Below, one piece after another: positions 45,653 to 55,197 of a stretch of DNA of 64,000 nucleotides (its first letter is position 1; every line of letters starts with the position of its first letter). Under the pieces are notes generated by a model, which saw only the letters and a program-made list of their open reading frames with translations, was not told the origin of the DNA and searched no databases. Source of the stretch: a virus (Duplodnaviria > Caudoviricetes); IMG/VR virus record IMGVR_UViG_3300036546_000248; one strand, given 5' to 3'. The translations under genes were made by a program, and so were the position numbers.

Positions 45653-46255
45653 TTAGAAGGTAACTGTAGAGGCCAGTGACATCCTAGCCACCAAGTCCCC
45701 ACGATTAAACATGGCACTCTCAGCCCCTGTAGACACCATCATCGAATCAATCGACATGGTAGAATAATAGATGCTGGAAAAGAACATGCGAACGATCACG
45801 TTGTTGTTACTGTCTACGTACACGGTCGGTGAGAAATTGCCTTTAGTAGCAATCCCTTCAGTCCGACCTGCCGACGCTTTACAATAACCCACTACGGTCT
45901 CGTCGATGATTTTAGCCGACCCGTAACAATAGCCTCGAAACCGCAGGTGAAACATACGGTTGTTGGTTGTGATCTTGAGCGGCAATTTAAAATGAAGGTA
46001 CACGTTACTTGTGTCGCCCAAATCTGTTCGAGGAAAATCGCCAGCCGCACCTAGACCCGGTGCACCACCTGTGGCGTAAATGATGCCCTGGAAAATCCCT
46101 CGACGAACACACCCTGGACGCGTTGGGTCACCTTCTACACTTTGCAAAGCATTAAGCTCTGCTAAGTCTTCTGTGACTTCACTCAAGCGCAACGCATAGT
46201 CAATCAACTGTTGTTCTGTTGCATTGACCAGCTGGTTAACCGATTCAATCATCAC
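45653..46255 (-). CDS. Tail-associated beta-sandwich protein, paralog A
   Basis: Clearly similar to 46493..47113 (GSAKIIDETVVGY...GNFSPTVY...SIYY). Confidence 0.65.
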   Translation of the reverse strand: MMIESVNQLVNATEQQLIDYALRLSEVTEDLAELNALQSVEGDPTRPGCVRRGIFQGIIYATGGAPGLGAAGDFPRTDLGDTSNVYLHFKLPLKITTNNRMFHLRFRGYCYGSAKIIDETVVGYCKASAGRTEGIATKGNFSPTVYVDSNNNVIVRMFFSSIYYSTMSIDSMMVSTGAESAMFNRGDLVARMSLASTVTF

Positions 46256-46267
46256 ACCACCTCACAG

Positions 46268-46483
46268 TTAGAAGGACGGTGTAGTCGGCCAAACAACCGC
46301 ATATGGCGATTCAATGGTCTCGGTTATGTCACGTAACTGTTGACGATACGCAGCCATCTCACTCTTTTGCTCGACCGACAGAGGACTGTCAGGCAATTGG
46401 GTGAAGTCGGTTTTGCGCAGCAGTTGGTTACGTGTTTCACGCACCGAAGCCCACGCCGCTTTAAGCACTTCTTCTTCGTTCAT
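46268..46483 (-). CDS. Phage tail assembly chaperone
   Basis: RNQLLRKTDFTQLPDSPL...YRQQLRDIT...VVWPTTP family signature. Confidence 0.85.
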   Translation of the reverse strand: MNEEEVLKAAWASVRETRNQLLRKTDFTQLPDSPLSVEQKSEMAAYRQQLRDITETIESPYAVVWPTTPSF

Positions 46484-46492
46484 AATTACACC

Positions 46493-47113
46493 TTAGAAGT
46501 TGACGTTAGCACTGAGCGAAAGACGAGCAACCAAGTCACCCTTATTGAACAACCGTCCATTACCCACCCGCATCGTGTCGATTTTAAGCGTGGTGTAATA
46601 GATACTTGGGAACAACAACCGAATCACCACGTTGCCACTGACATCGGTGTAAAGGGTTGGTGAGAAGTTCCCAGTGGCATTGTTATTCAACAGGGCTTTA
46701 CTAACCGCATAGCTGTAACCGACGATTGTCTCATCGATCATCTTAGCCGAACCAAACGCGTAGCCGGTCAGGTGAAACCACAACATCTCTGAATTGACGT
46801 TGATGTTCACCGGCACTTTGAGGTGTAGGTAGACGTTGGCATTGGTCCCCAAGTTCGGGACTGTACCAAAGTCACCCTGTGACCATATCTCTTCGCCGCC
46901 ACCGGCGATGTTACCTACGAACCCCTGGAATATCGCTTTACGGACAGTCCCGATGTTGTACGGAATACCGTCGACTTCCCGCAACTCAAGTAGCTGTGTA
47001 GCGTTGAGTTCTTGTGTAGCAATACCTGACTCCAATTGATCAGTCTTTTCCTGTATAGCTGTGGAAAAGCGATCAATGGACTGCAAAAGAGCTGCACGAT
47101 TTTCAGCATCCAT
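46493..47113 (-). CDS. Tail-associated beta-sandwich protein, paralog B
   Basis: See paralog A. Confidence 0.65.
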   Translation of the reverse strand: MDAENRAALLQSIDRFSTAIQEKTDQLESGIATQELNATQLLELREVDGIPYNIGTVRKAIFQGFVGNIAGGGEEIWSQGDFGTVPNLGTNANVYLHLKVPVNINVNSEMLWFHLTGYAFGSAKMIDETIVGYSYAVSKALLNNNATGNFSPTLYTDVSGNVVIRLLFPSIYYTTLKIDTMRVGNGRLFNKGDLVARLSLSANVNF

Positions 47114-47125
47114 ACATCACCTCAC

Positions 47126-47524
47126 TCAGACCGCATTGATCTTGTCAGCACCTTCGTTAAACGCAGCAGTGAGGTCAGTCAACATGGTGTTGACATCGGC
47201 TTCCAGTTGAGTTACCGCTTCTGCTGTGGCGTAATGGGTAGGGAGTTGTCCACCCAACTTAGCCGAATCTACCGCTGTAGCAGTAGCATCCAACTTAGTG
47301 TCTAATGCATCGGACACTTCGTTCTGATTGGCTTTGGTCGCTACCGCTTGATTGGTCGAATCCAAAGCACTTTGGTCGGCTTTGCTCTGAAGAGTTTGGT
47401 CCACCCCATCCATCCGAGTGTTGACTTCACTCAACTCCAGATTCAGATAATCGGTCAACGTTTGGACTTGGCTGCGCACCCACGCACCGAATTCCACGAA
47501 ACCGAAGAAACGTTTCTCAGACAT
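47126..47524 (-). CDS. Short fibre-like protein (KRFFGF family, copy 1)
   Basis: MSEKRFFGFVEFGAWV; LDATATAVDSAKLGG. Confidence 0.7.
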   Translation of the reverse strand: MSEKRFFGFVEFGAWVRSQVQTLTDYLNLELSEVNTRMDGVDQTLQSKADQSALDSTNQAVATKANQNEVSDALDTKLDATATAVDSAKLGGQLPTHYATAEAVTQLEADVNTMLTDLTAAFNEGADKINAV

Positions 47525-47631
47525 AATGAAGACTCCAGTTTGTGTATTAAGGCAAAAAAAAACAAGAACCCGACTTGCAAGAGAGGCCAGTTTCCCAAGC
47601 GTAGCCTTAGTTCCTTTTCATAAGATTCTGA
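47525..47631 (-). promoter_or_regulatory. Conserved late leader, copy 1
   Basis: Shares 5' motifs with 34266-34367 and its 3' part with 40837-40880. Confidence 0.6.
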
Positions 47632-47657
47632 ATAAATACGGTATAAAGCCCGCCCCG

Positions 47658-48089
47658 TTAATCGGGACGGACTTTGCGTATTTGTGTCAGAATTTGTTGG
47701 GTACAGCTCATCACACGAGTTGGGTACAAACGTAAGTCGTATGCCGAACCACAAGAAAGACGATCTTCGGTAATAAGGTCTTTGTTAACATGGACGATTT
47801 CATCGTAGTTTTCACGAATCAGAACGGTCAAGTAGTCAAAGAACTCATCACTGATAATGGTCTCATCCAAGTAGTAATAGGCGTAACTACCCATCAGCCA
47901 CCAGGATACTGCAATGTTTTTAGAGCGCTTAAGGAGGTTCGCTACATATACATCCAAAACACCATTGACCACCATCAAAGGAGGGTATTGGTAATTAGGT
48001 TGATGTTGATAACTGGCTAGGTAGCCTGACGCTTTGGGGGTCAGGCTTACCACATCAGACTCCTTAGGTGCAAAGAGGTCTATTTGCAT
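47658..48089 (-). CDS. Stand-alone NAD-dependent DNA ligase domain-Ia-like (Nlig-Ia) protein
   Basis: YAYYYLDETIISDEFFDYL resembles LigA YYxxDxPxISDxxYD; AGGAGG RBS. Confidence 0.65.
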   Translation of the reverse strand: MQIDLFAPKESDVVSLTPKASGYLASYQHQPNYQYPPLMVVNGVLDVYVANLLKRSKNIAVSWWLMGSYAYYYLDETIISDEFFDYLTVLIRENYDEIVHVNKDLITEDRLSCGSAYDLRLYPTRVMSCTQQILTQIRKVRPD

Positions 48090-48264
48090 CGATGCCTCCT
48101 TCACGCTGTCTGCTTTGATAAAAACGTTCACACTAAACCCCCAAAGAAAAGCTGTGCAGTCTCTATTAGATACCACACAACCGTTAAGTTTAACTGGTCA
48201 GCGAATGTCCATTAGGACCTCCAGTTTAAAAAAGAGGGTGGGGTGTCCCACCCTCTATGTCGTC

Positions 48265-49299
48265 TTACACCGCTGCTGCTGGGTACTTGATTGCCGGTTG
48301 TGGATGGTAGTCCACCACTTGAATATCGTCGATGGTGAAATCGAAGATGTCCTTCACTTCGGGGTTGAGGACGATACGAGGTGTGTACGGACCTTCGGTT
48401 GGACGCGCCAGCTGTTGATTGGCGGTGGTCACTTGGTCTTCGTAAACGTGGCAATCGCCACCCACCCAGACAAACTCACCCGTTTCCATGTTGGTGACAT
48501 GGGCCAGCATTTGGATCAGAAGCGAGTACTGGACGATGTTGAAGGGGACTCCGATCGGTACATCAGCGCTGCGCTGATAAAGCAGACCAGACAACCGATG
48601 GGTTGCTACTTGTTCCAGAGGGATGTCCCGTTCTTCAGCAATCACCTTGCGTTCCGTCAACCCGAGTTTGTACGGTTTGAGATGAAGGAGGGTGTGACAG
48701 GGCGGCAAAGCCATCTCGTCAATCTCCGCCACGTTCCATGCCGAGAGGATGATACGGCGATCGTCGGGGTTATTCTTGAGCTTATCGACCAACATCTGGA
48801 TTTGATCGTACTCCTTCTTCATGATGGCGTACGTCAGGTGGTCTTCAGGCTGATAGACTTCAGTCCAGAGCCGATACCCTTTGTCCCGGTAGTAATCGAC
48901 CAGAGGACTGTCATTGTCCACCGTCTTGATCGATTCCCAACGCCGCCACTGATGTTGATAGATCTTCGGAAGTTCACCTGCGACGAGTACACCGTCCACG
49001 TATTCCTCGGTGCCCTTCTTGACCCAACTGTCCCAGATATTCACCCCGTGTTGCTTGAGGTAGCGGATGTTGGTATCGCCTGAGAGCATCCAGATCAACT
49101 CGTGGATGATACCTTTGGTGAAGACCTTCTTACTGTGAAGCAGGGGAACTTTACCTTCACTAATGTTAAAGCGCATCACGCGCCCAAACACACTATGGGT
49201 GTCGATTCCGGTACGGTTCTCGCAATGGATGCCGTTATCCAGAATGTCTTCCATCAGGGCGTGATACTGACCGGTTGGGCTATTGTCGCGGTGAGGCAT
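48265..49299 (-). CDS. thyA: Thymidylate synthase
   Basis: PLLHSKKVF, ELIWMLSG, LPPCH, YQRSADVPIGVPFN and HVY motifs. Confidence 0.95.
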   Translation of the reverse strand: MPHRDNSPTGQYHALMEDILDNGIHCENRTGIDTHSVFGRVMRFNISEGKVPLLHSKKVFTKGIIHELIWMLSGDTNIRYLKQHGVNIWDSWVKKGTEEYVDGVLVAGELPKIYQHQWRRWESIKTVDNDSPLVDYYRDKGYRLWTEVYQPEDHLTYAIMKKEYDQIQMLVDKLKNNPDDRRIILSAWNVAEIDEMALPPCHTLLHLKPYKLGLTERKVIAEERDIPLEQVATHRLSGLLYQRSADVPIGVPFNIVQYSLLIQMLAHVTNMETGEFVWVGGDCHVYEDQVTTANQQLARPTEGPYTPRIVLNPEVKDIFDFTIDDIQVVDYHPQPAIKYPAAAV

Positions 49300-49337
49300 G
49301 AGTCGTTCCTTATCAAGGAGGGTTAGCGTTTAGTTGA

Positions 49338-49523
49338 TCAAATGACAAAACTGCTAGCTTCGGCGAGTGCGGCGAGGATTAGTCGTCTTAAATCTCCATC
49401 GTTCTCCAAATTTAAAGTTTCAATCTCAAGTACTGGGCGGGGGATATACCGAAACTTGATCGTACGGGAGTTGAATTCATACCAACAACTTAAGTAATGT
49501 CCTCGTGGGGCATATATAGACAA
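49338..49523 (-). CDS. Small hypothetical protein
   Basis: 61-aa ORF filling the gap in the operon. Confidence 0.4.
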   Translation of the reverse strand: MSIYAPRGHYLSCWYEFNSRTIKFRYIPRPVLEIETLNLENDGDLRRLILAALAEASSFVI

Positions 49524-49546
49524 CAGTCTGCGACAAAGGGTAGTGC

Positions 49547-50188
49547 TTAGAAAAAGAAGTCGAGGTCGATGTCTTTCTTGTCGAAGGTGTGGAACGCTTC
49601 ACCTACGTTTTCCAACGCTGTGGTAGCGGTTCTCATCAACTCTTCCACCGCTTTACGAGCTTCTTTAGGCTTGACGACAGTGGGGACGTAAAACGCTTCG
49701 AAGGCTTTGTCGTTGACCTTTACACCAGCGTAGCCAATGGTCGCCCACTCGGGTGCGAATTGTTTAACCAACACTTTAACGGCATCGGTCGACCACCACC
49801 AAGGATCAGTACGCAGTTCACTTTCAGAAGTGATGATAACGCGAATGTGTGGGACGCTTTCCAAGTTGTGTGACGGTGCTCGCACCACGGTCTCAGCGAC
49901 TTGAAGGAAACTGATAGGCCCGTTGTAACGTACCGACGCACCTTCGTTTTGTACCCACAAGCCCGTAGGTTCTTTGCCGTTACGGCGCATCTCGCTCAAG
50001 GTGGCATAACCTTCTGCCCCGTCGTATTGAACGATTTGAGATTCGTCGATCTCCAAAGACAACACGTCTTCATTGAAGTTGGGTTGGACGTAGTCCATGT
50101 CAGGATAGAAGGTCAGCGAGATCCCGGTATCCAGTTCCTTGAGGTGGGGTGTGATCAACGCATTCAGAGCAAAGTACATTTTACGCAT
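49547..50188 (-). CDS. Hypothetical protein
   Basis: AAGGA RBS; 213 aa. Confidence 0.65.
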   Translation of the reverse strand: MRKMYFALNALITPHLKELDTGISLTFYPDMDYVQPNFNEDVLSLEIDESQIVQYDGAEGYATLSEMRRNGKEPTGLWVQNEGASVRYNGPISFLQVAETVVRAPSHNLESVPHIRVIITSESELRTDPWWWSTDAVKVLVKQFAPEWATIGYAGVKVNDKAFEAFYVPTVVKPKEARKAVEELMRTATTALENVGEAFHTFDKKDIDLDFFF

Positions 50189-50246
50189 GGGTTATTCCTT
50201 TTACCGATCCAAAAAGAAAAGGCCAGCGAACTGGCCTTGAGTTGGG

Positions 50247-50681
50247 TTAAAGCACTACTGTAACACGGCCTGAGGCTTGTAACCCGGCCCAGAAGTGACT
50301 GAGTACGCGGTCTTTGTCACGTTCACGTTGGTGTTCACTGGCGTAGGTCATACACCCCTGTAGCTGATCAATGAACTGATCAATGGCATGGTCCAAGCCT
50401 TCAGGAAACCCAAGCCATACAGAGGGCTTTACAGGGACTTGGGCTAGGTCAACTGGAGGGATAGCATCACCCAAGGGTCGATCAATGACCGTAGTGAGCA
50501 CCACGATGGCACTTTCAGTCATGAAGGCTGTCAAGTGAAACGCACGCGCATGGTCTTTAGGGCAATCACCCAACACTTCGAAATGCCGATCCCACATATC
50601 GGGTTCTTCTTTAACGAACAGAGCCTCACGAGCTTGTGGGGCGAGGAAGGTGCGAAATTGACCGTAGTTTTGTGTTGACAT
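50247..50681 (-). CDS. Hypothetical protein
   Basis: 144 aa; AAGGA RBS. Confidence 0.6.
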   Translation of the reverse strand: MSTQNYGQFRTFLAPQAREALFVKEEPDMWDRHFEVLGDCPKDHARAFHLTAFMTESAIVVLTTVIDRPLGDAIPPVDLAQVPVKPSVWLGFPEGLDHAIDQFIDQLQGCMTYASEHQRERDKDRVLSHFWAGLQASGRVTVVL

Positions 50682-50701
50682 GGGAACTTAGTCCTTTAAA
50701 A

Positions 50702-51670
50702 TTAGGCAGTTGCTTGTTGGATTGAGGTAACCTGAGTTTTGTGAACGAGATCAACCAAGCTAAACATCCGCTCGGGGCGGTACGTGCTGTATTTGACAAT
50801 GGTCGTATCGCGACGGCCAGGGAAGTCAACTACAACCATGGTGGTTTCTTCTTTCTCTGAAGTACACTCACCCACAACCATTCCTACCCACGTAGGGGTC
50901 GCTACGAGGTCACCATAATTGAAACCGCCAAAACACGGGGTTCCCCACTTAGTGCGAACATGGGGATGGTCTTCTTCAACATAACGCTGAGTCTTGAAGG
51001 TCCAGCTGAACAAACTTTCCTCAGGTTCACTGGCTAATAACCAATGGCTGAGTAACGGACGACCCATCGGGATGGGATTTAATACCGCATTCCACAGGTG
51101 GCCTTTGGTGTAGTCCCAGTGGATAATGTGTTTGAACTTCAGTGTTTCAGCATCCAGGACATTGAAGTTGATGATACTGCCTTGGGAAAGACTAGCGCTG
51201 TCACAGGGACGAGACCCCGAGTACAGGGTCAGCAGATTACCAAAGGTATCTGTCCCGACCACCCATTCAACCACGCGGTGCAAAGACATCGCCTTGGCAG
51301 CGTAGGATGCCGCCAGACGTTCGTCCACACCTTGGGTGAGGGCTACATACCTGAAGTTACCAGCGGGCAACAGTGCGGCTTTGGGAACCTCTTCCACGGT
51401 GTAGGTAAAGGTACTGCGTTCGTGAGTGTAGGGGTTGAGTATTGCGTAGGATTCTTCGCGTTTACTGCGATCGTAGTCCGCACTTGTAATCATGCGAATT
51501 TGCGAACTAAGGCCGAGTTGACGACCTCCTAGATCGTTGTGGCGAACGTAGGCACACCCATCAGCTTTAATCGCAGCTTTCACTTTGATAAACAACTCAC
51601 TACGACGATGGGGTTTGGAGAATTTAAACAGCGCATTCGCTGCGCGTTGAATGAAGCCTGGGGTGCTCAT
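50702..51670 (-). CDS. Hypothetical protein
   Basis: 322 aa; AAGGA RBS. Confidence 0.65.
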   Translation of the reverse strand: MSTPGFIQRAANALFKFSKPHRRSELFIKVKAAIKADGCAYVRHNDLGGRQLGLSSQIRMITSADYDRSKREESYAILNPYTHERSTFTYTVEEVPKAALLPAGNFRYVALTQGVDERLAASYAAKAMSLHRVVEWVVGTDTFGNLLTLYSGSRPCDSASLSQGSIINFNVLDAETLKFKHIIHWDYTKGHLWNAVLNPIPMGRPLLSHWLLASEPEESLFSWTFKTQRYVEEDHPHVRTKWGTPCFGGFNYGDLVATPTWVGMVVGECTSEKEETTMVVVDFPGRRDTTIVKYSTYRPERMFSLVDLVHKTQVTSIQQATA

Positions 51671-51730
51671 ACTCGTTCCTTGATGACATAGCAGAGTGAG
51701 CCTTACGACCCACTCTGATACATTTATGGG

Positions 51731-52612
51731 TTACAGACGTTCAGCTTGACACTCTGCCGAACAGCCTTCTTCTGAAACAGTTTCTTGGGCTTCTTGCACG
51801 CCTTCAACACCACCCACGGCAACCAGACCTTTGAGGGCCTCTTCCTGTTGGGCTTTGAAGTCGGCGAACTGCACCGCTGCAGCCAGACCTGCTTGGGTCA
51901 GGTCTTCGATGAAGCTGTCTTCGAAACCTTCGATCAGCAGCTTCGACCAGTTTTCGAAGTTGTAGTCGGCCAGGGTTTGGCGCAGCTTGCTCAGCGGAAT
52001 GAAGCCCAGGCCGACAGCCGAGGATTCGCCCATGACCGGCTCGAGACCGTAAGGGATCATCATCAGCATGGTCACGCCGAGATGACGCTGACCGACCGGG
52101 TCGCTGTTGTCGTTCAGGTAGCCGTAGATGCTCGGTTGAGCACGGATGTTTTCGTCGAGCAGGGCTTGGATGATCGGCTGCCCTTTGAGGGTCAGTTCTT
52201 CACACAGCTCTTCCATCACGTTGTACATGATGGTCATGCCGAGGTTCAGGCTACTGTGGGCATCGTAGAACTGAGCATGGCTGACGTTGATGTGACCGCC
52301 CAGACCGATAGAGTGACGACCCAACAGGCGCTCTTCGCCGCTACCTTTCACACGCTGGTAAACGAAAACTTCGAGTTCACCTTCGGGGTTCACGCGGAAG
52401 ATCTGGACGTAGGGGAGCAGGTGACGATAGGCCGGGTTTTCTTCGACCGCCTCACGGCGCTTGATGGCCAGCCCTTCATTGAGAGCGGCTTCCAGTTGCT
52501 GGATATTGGCGAAGTTCGGGGCCATGTCCGTGCCGGTGGCAAAGCCTTCTTTCGGGAACAGGTCATTGATCTGAGCGGTGGGATGAACGAGGATCAGTTC
52601 TTTCTTCGACAT
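51731..52612 (-). CDS. NUDIX-fold phosphoesterase (YmaB/COG4112-like)
   Basis: EENPAYRHLLPY, RLLGRHSIGLGGHIN, EELCEEL and VGQRHLG. Confidence 0.8.
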   Translation of the reverse strand: MSKKELILVHPTAQINDLFPKEGFATGTDMAPNFANIQQLEAALNEGLAIKRREAVEENPAYRHLLPYVQIFRVNPEGELEVFVYQRVKGSGEERLLGRHSIGLGGHINVSHAQFYDAHSSLNLGMTIMYNVMEELCEELTLKGQPIIQALLDENIRAQPSIYGYLNDNSDPVGQRHLGVTMLMMIPYGLEPVMGESSAVGLGFIPLSKLRQTLADYNFENWSKLLIEGFEDSFIEDLTQAGLAAAVQFADFKAQQEEALKGLVAVGGVEGVQEAQETVSEEGCSAECQAERL

Positions 52613-52618
52613 GGGTCG

Positions 52619-52819
52619 TTATTTCCTTGTAGGTTGGGTAGGGGTTTTTGCGTTAGCAACAATCCAGTTGTCCACATCATCCAGTTTAAATAACACAACC
52701 GGCTCAGTTTCAACGGGGGTGAGTTCCTCCACACATCGCAGGATGGCTTGAACGTGATAGCCCTTACAGGCCAGTTTGGTGTACAGTTGTTCGCGTGCGA
52801 TGGTTTTAATAGCGGCCAT
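52619..52819 (-). CDS. Small hypothetical protein
   Basis: 66 aa, in operon. Confidence 0.55.
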   Translation of the reverse strand: MAAIKTIAREQLYTKLACKGYHVQAILRCVEELTPVETEPVVLFKLDDVDNWIVANAKTPTQPTRK

Positions 52820-52885
52820 AGTCTGACTACTTCGGGGAGGTTAAGGTTAAAGGCTTTTGCTCACAGCATGGGACTTGCTAGTTTT

Positions 52886-53164
52886 TTATAACTGTATGTT
52901 GTACTCTTCGACCAAGGCTTGGATTTCTTCTGGGGGTAAGAACTCAATATGGCTGCGGAACGGCCATTCTTTTACCAGAGCCAAAAACCGTTGCGTGGTT
53001 TCCGGGTGAGACTCACTATATTGAGGAAACGCCTCAACCACCCGCAAGGCCAGCGACGCAAGTCGGTCCACACCCAAATTTTGCAACAGGGTTGCATCCT
53101 TCGGGTGGTTTTCCATCGTGTTGATGGCTTTGTCGATAAAGGCTTTCCATTGGGTACCGCGCAT
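52886..53164 (-). CDS. Hypothetical protein
   Basis: 92 aa; GGAAG RBS. Confidence 0.6.
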   Translation of the reverse strand: MRGTQWKAFIDKAINTMENHPKDATLLQNLGVDRLASLALRVVEAFPQYSESHPETTQRFLALVKEWPFRSHIEFLPPEEIQALVEEYNIQL

Positions 53165-53175
53165 ACACCACTTCC

Positions 53176-53442
53176 TTACAGATTAAGATTGGCGGGATCT
53201 TGGTCGAGATAACCGATCCGCACGTTGTAGACATGACCGTCTTCACGTTGACGTACGATCTCTACGGGCCAGCCGTAGGTATCTCGTTCAAAGAAGACCA
53301 AGTCAATGTTATATTGTTCGGGGACATGGAAGTCAGGGTGTTCGAGCACCCCTTTGATGAACAACTCTTCCTCGAACTGGTAGGTGAGTACTACCATGGG
53401 TGCGTCTTGATAACCGCACTTAGTCAGTGTGACTGTCGTCAT
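53176..53442 (-). CDS. Hypothetical protein
   Basis: Start MTTVTL overlapping the upstream gene end. Confidence 0.55.
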   Translation of the reverse strand: MTTVTLTKCGYQDAPMVVLTYQFEEELFIKGVLEHPDFHVPEQYNIDLVFFERDTYGWPVEIVRQREDGHVYNVRIGYLDQDPANLNL

Positions 53443-54031
53443 CGTCAAGGTCCTCGAGGTCTTCCAAGGTTGCGGGACGGAAGTTTGGTGTAAACGCACG
53501 GCACGTATGGCGCCCTGCGCTGTCGACAATCCAGATGCTGGGGACTGTCGGGTACAACACGCTGTTGTCATCGAAAGCAGCGTAATTCAGGGTGAAGTAA
53601 TCACAGAGTTCGCCGCCGTCCAAGAAGTACGCGCGAGGGCGAGCGTTCTTCACACAGATGTCTTCGACTTCCTTACGCATCACCGTGTATTCGGCAACGT
53701 CATAAAAAGACAAATCCCCGATGACTACATAGCGGACATCAGGGGACAGGTTTGGTGAGACGGTCACCGGGACACCATCTACCCCTTCGATAACCACAGT
53801 GCGCATGACTCGGGGTTGAGGGATTTGGAGAATGCGAGCATACTGAATCACATCCTCACTGTTATCGTTGACAGGATGCCAAGCCAATACAAAGCCAGTC
53901 GCCCCATTGTTGATAAGGTCGCCCACCTCGGCCAATACTTCAGCGTCGAGTTCGCCATTACCAAGGTAACTCCCACGGATTTGGGAGAAACGGCTTTCAC
54001 CATTGATGCGGTCTTCGATCAGTTTAAACAT
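53420..54031 (-). CDS. Hypothetical protein
   Basis: 203 aa. Confidence 0.65.
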   Translation of the reverse strand: MFKLIEDRINGESRFSQIRGSYLGNGELDAEVLAEVGDLINNGATGFVLAWHPVNDNSEDVIQYARILQIPQPRVMRTVVIEGVDGVPVTVSPNLSPDVRYVVIGDLSFYDVAEYTVMRKEVEDICVKNARPRAYFLDGGELCDYFTLNYAAFDDNSVLYPTVPSIWIVDSAGRHTCRAFTPNFRPATLEDLEDLDDDDSHTD

Positions 54032-54032
54032 C

Positions 54033-54524
54033 TCAGATTCCTTGAGGAATGTAGGTTAAGTTTGGGGTTTTACGTTTACGACGAAGTTGTTGTTGATTGT
54101 GCACCGCACTGATCAGGTGATCAGGGACATCGAGTTCGATCTCCACCTGAATCAAACGGTAGTTTTTGAGTTGCCCTTGGTACATGACCAAGACCGACTC
54201 CTTTAATGGCTGAATCTTCCAAATGTGAGAGAAGTACTGAATGACCCTTAAGTACACCGAATAACTCAACATCACCAACGAATTGAACTCGTGTTCTTCA
54301 AGGTCGTTAATACGATCCATCACCACACGATCATCGTTGAAGTCTTCGTCCCACAACGTACCGTCAAAGAGGTATTCAATCATCTCGGTATGGAATTTCT
54401 CATACTCCATATAACGGTAGCTGGCGCAGTAGTTCAGGGCACAATCAAGCAGGTAAGGTTCTAGTAGACGAAACAGATGATTAGATCCCAAATGGAGGTC
54501 CGATACATCAACAGTCACCAACAT
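54033..54524 (-). CDS. Hypothetical protein
   Basis: 163 aa; TACATTAT early-like motif upstream at about 54556. Confidence 0.65.
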   Translation of the reverse strand: MLVTVDVSDLHLGSNHLFRLLEPYLLDCALNYCASYRYMEYEKFHTEMIEYLFDGTLWDEDFNDDRVVMDRINDLEEHEFNSLVMLSYSVYLRVIQYFSHIWKIQPLKESVLVMYQGQLKNYRLIQVEIELDVPDHLISAVHNQQQLRRKRKTPNLTYIPQGI

Positions 54525-54669
54525 GATACAACACCCAGTAGCAGAGTCACTTTTATAATGTATGTCTCAAATGTGTTTAATTACCGACTCAGGGTGTCAG
54601 GTATGGTATGAGAGGGGAAACGTACTCTCACTTTAAATGGGCAGTAGGAAACCAAAGGGGAAACAAACC

Positions 54670-55188
54670 ATGAAATACGATATCCTGAAAAGTGGTATTG
54701 AAAACATTCTGGCTCTGGTCAATGCGGACAACGCCCAAGCGTTCACTCTTGAGCAGATCTCGATCGGTGCACCTGCGGTATTCGTGGATGAGACGGGGGT
54801 CAATCCACGCAACACCCAGATCGTGGTCAGTGCTCAACCGGGCAGTGGTATGGTGGGTTCTCAGACTCATCGTTACACCCGTCTGGATCTGGCTGGTCTT
54901 CCGGTAGCTCCGATCGAAATTCAACTGGGTGAGACCACCACTCTGGCTGACGTCAAAGCCGACGTTGTTGGTCAGCTGCTGGTCTCTGACAGTGAAGTCG
55001 AATTCACCGTCGCCGAGATCCCTGCTTTCGAAGAAGGCGTAACCTCTCAGGTCCTGACTCTGCAGGCTATCGACGGTAGCTACGGCTATATCGGTTCCGT
55101 AGAGATCACCGTCCTGGCTTACGAGGCTCCGCCGGTTGAGCTGAGCAGCGTACTGCCGAACCAAGACCTGAATGGTTTTGAGTACTAA
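54670..55188 (+). CDS. phiKZ-like virion structural protein
   Basis: GMVGSQTHRYTRLDL module; strong codon bias. Confidence 0.65.
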   Translation: MKYDILKSGIENILALVNADNAQAFTLEQISIGAPAVFVDETGVNPRNTQIVVSAQPGSGMVGSQTHRYTRLDLAGLPVAPIEIQLGETTTLADVKADVVGQLLVSDSEVEFTVAEIPAFEEGVTSQVLTLQAIDGSYGYIGSVEITVLAYEAPPVELSSVLPNQDLNGFEY

Positions 55189-55197
55189 GTAGCAAAC

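Noticed and set aside
48265-49299. Hypermodified-base or uracil-DNA pathway
   Set aside because: ThyA has standard motifs alongside ordinary Tmk and DHFR; no hydroxymethylase or glycosyltransferase in the window
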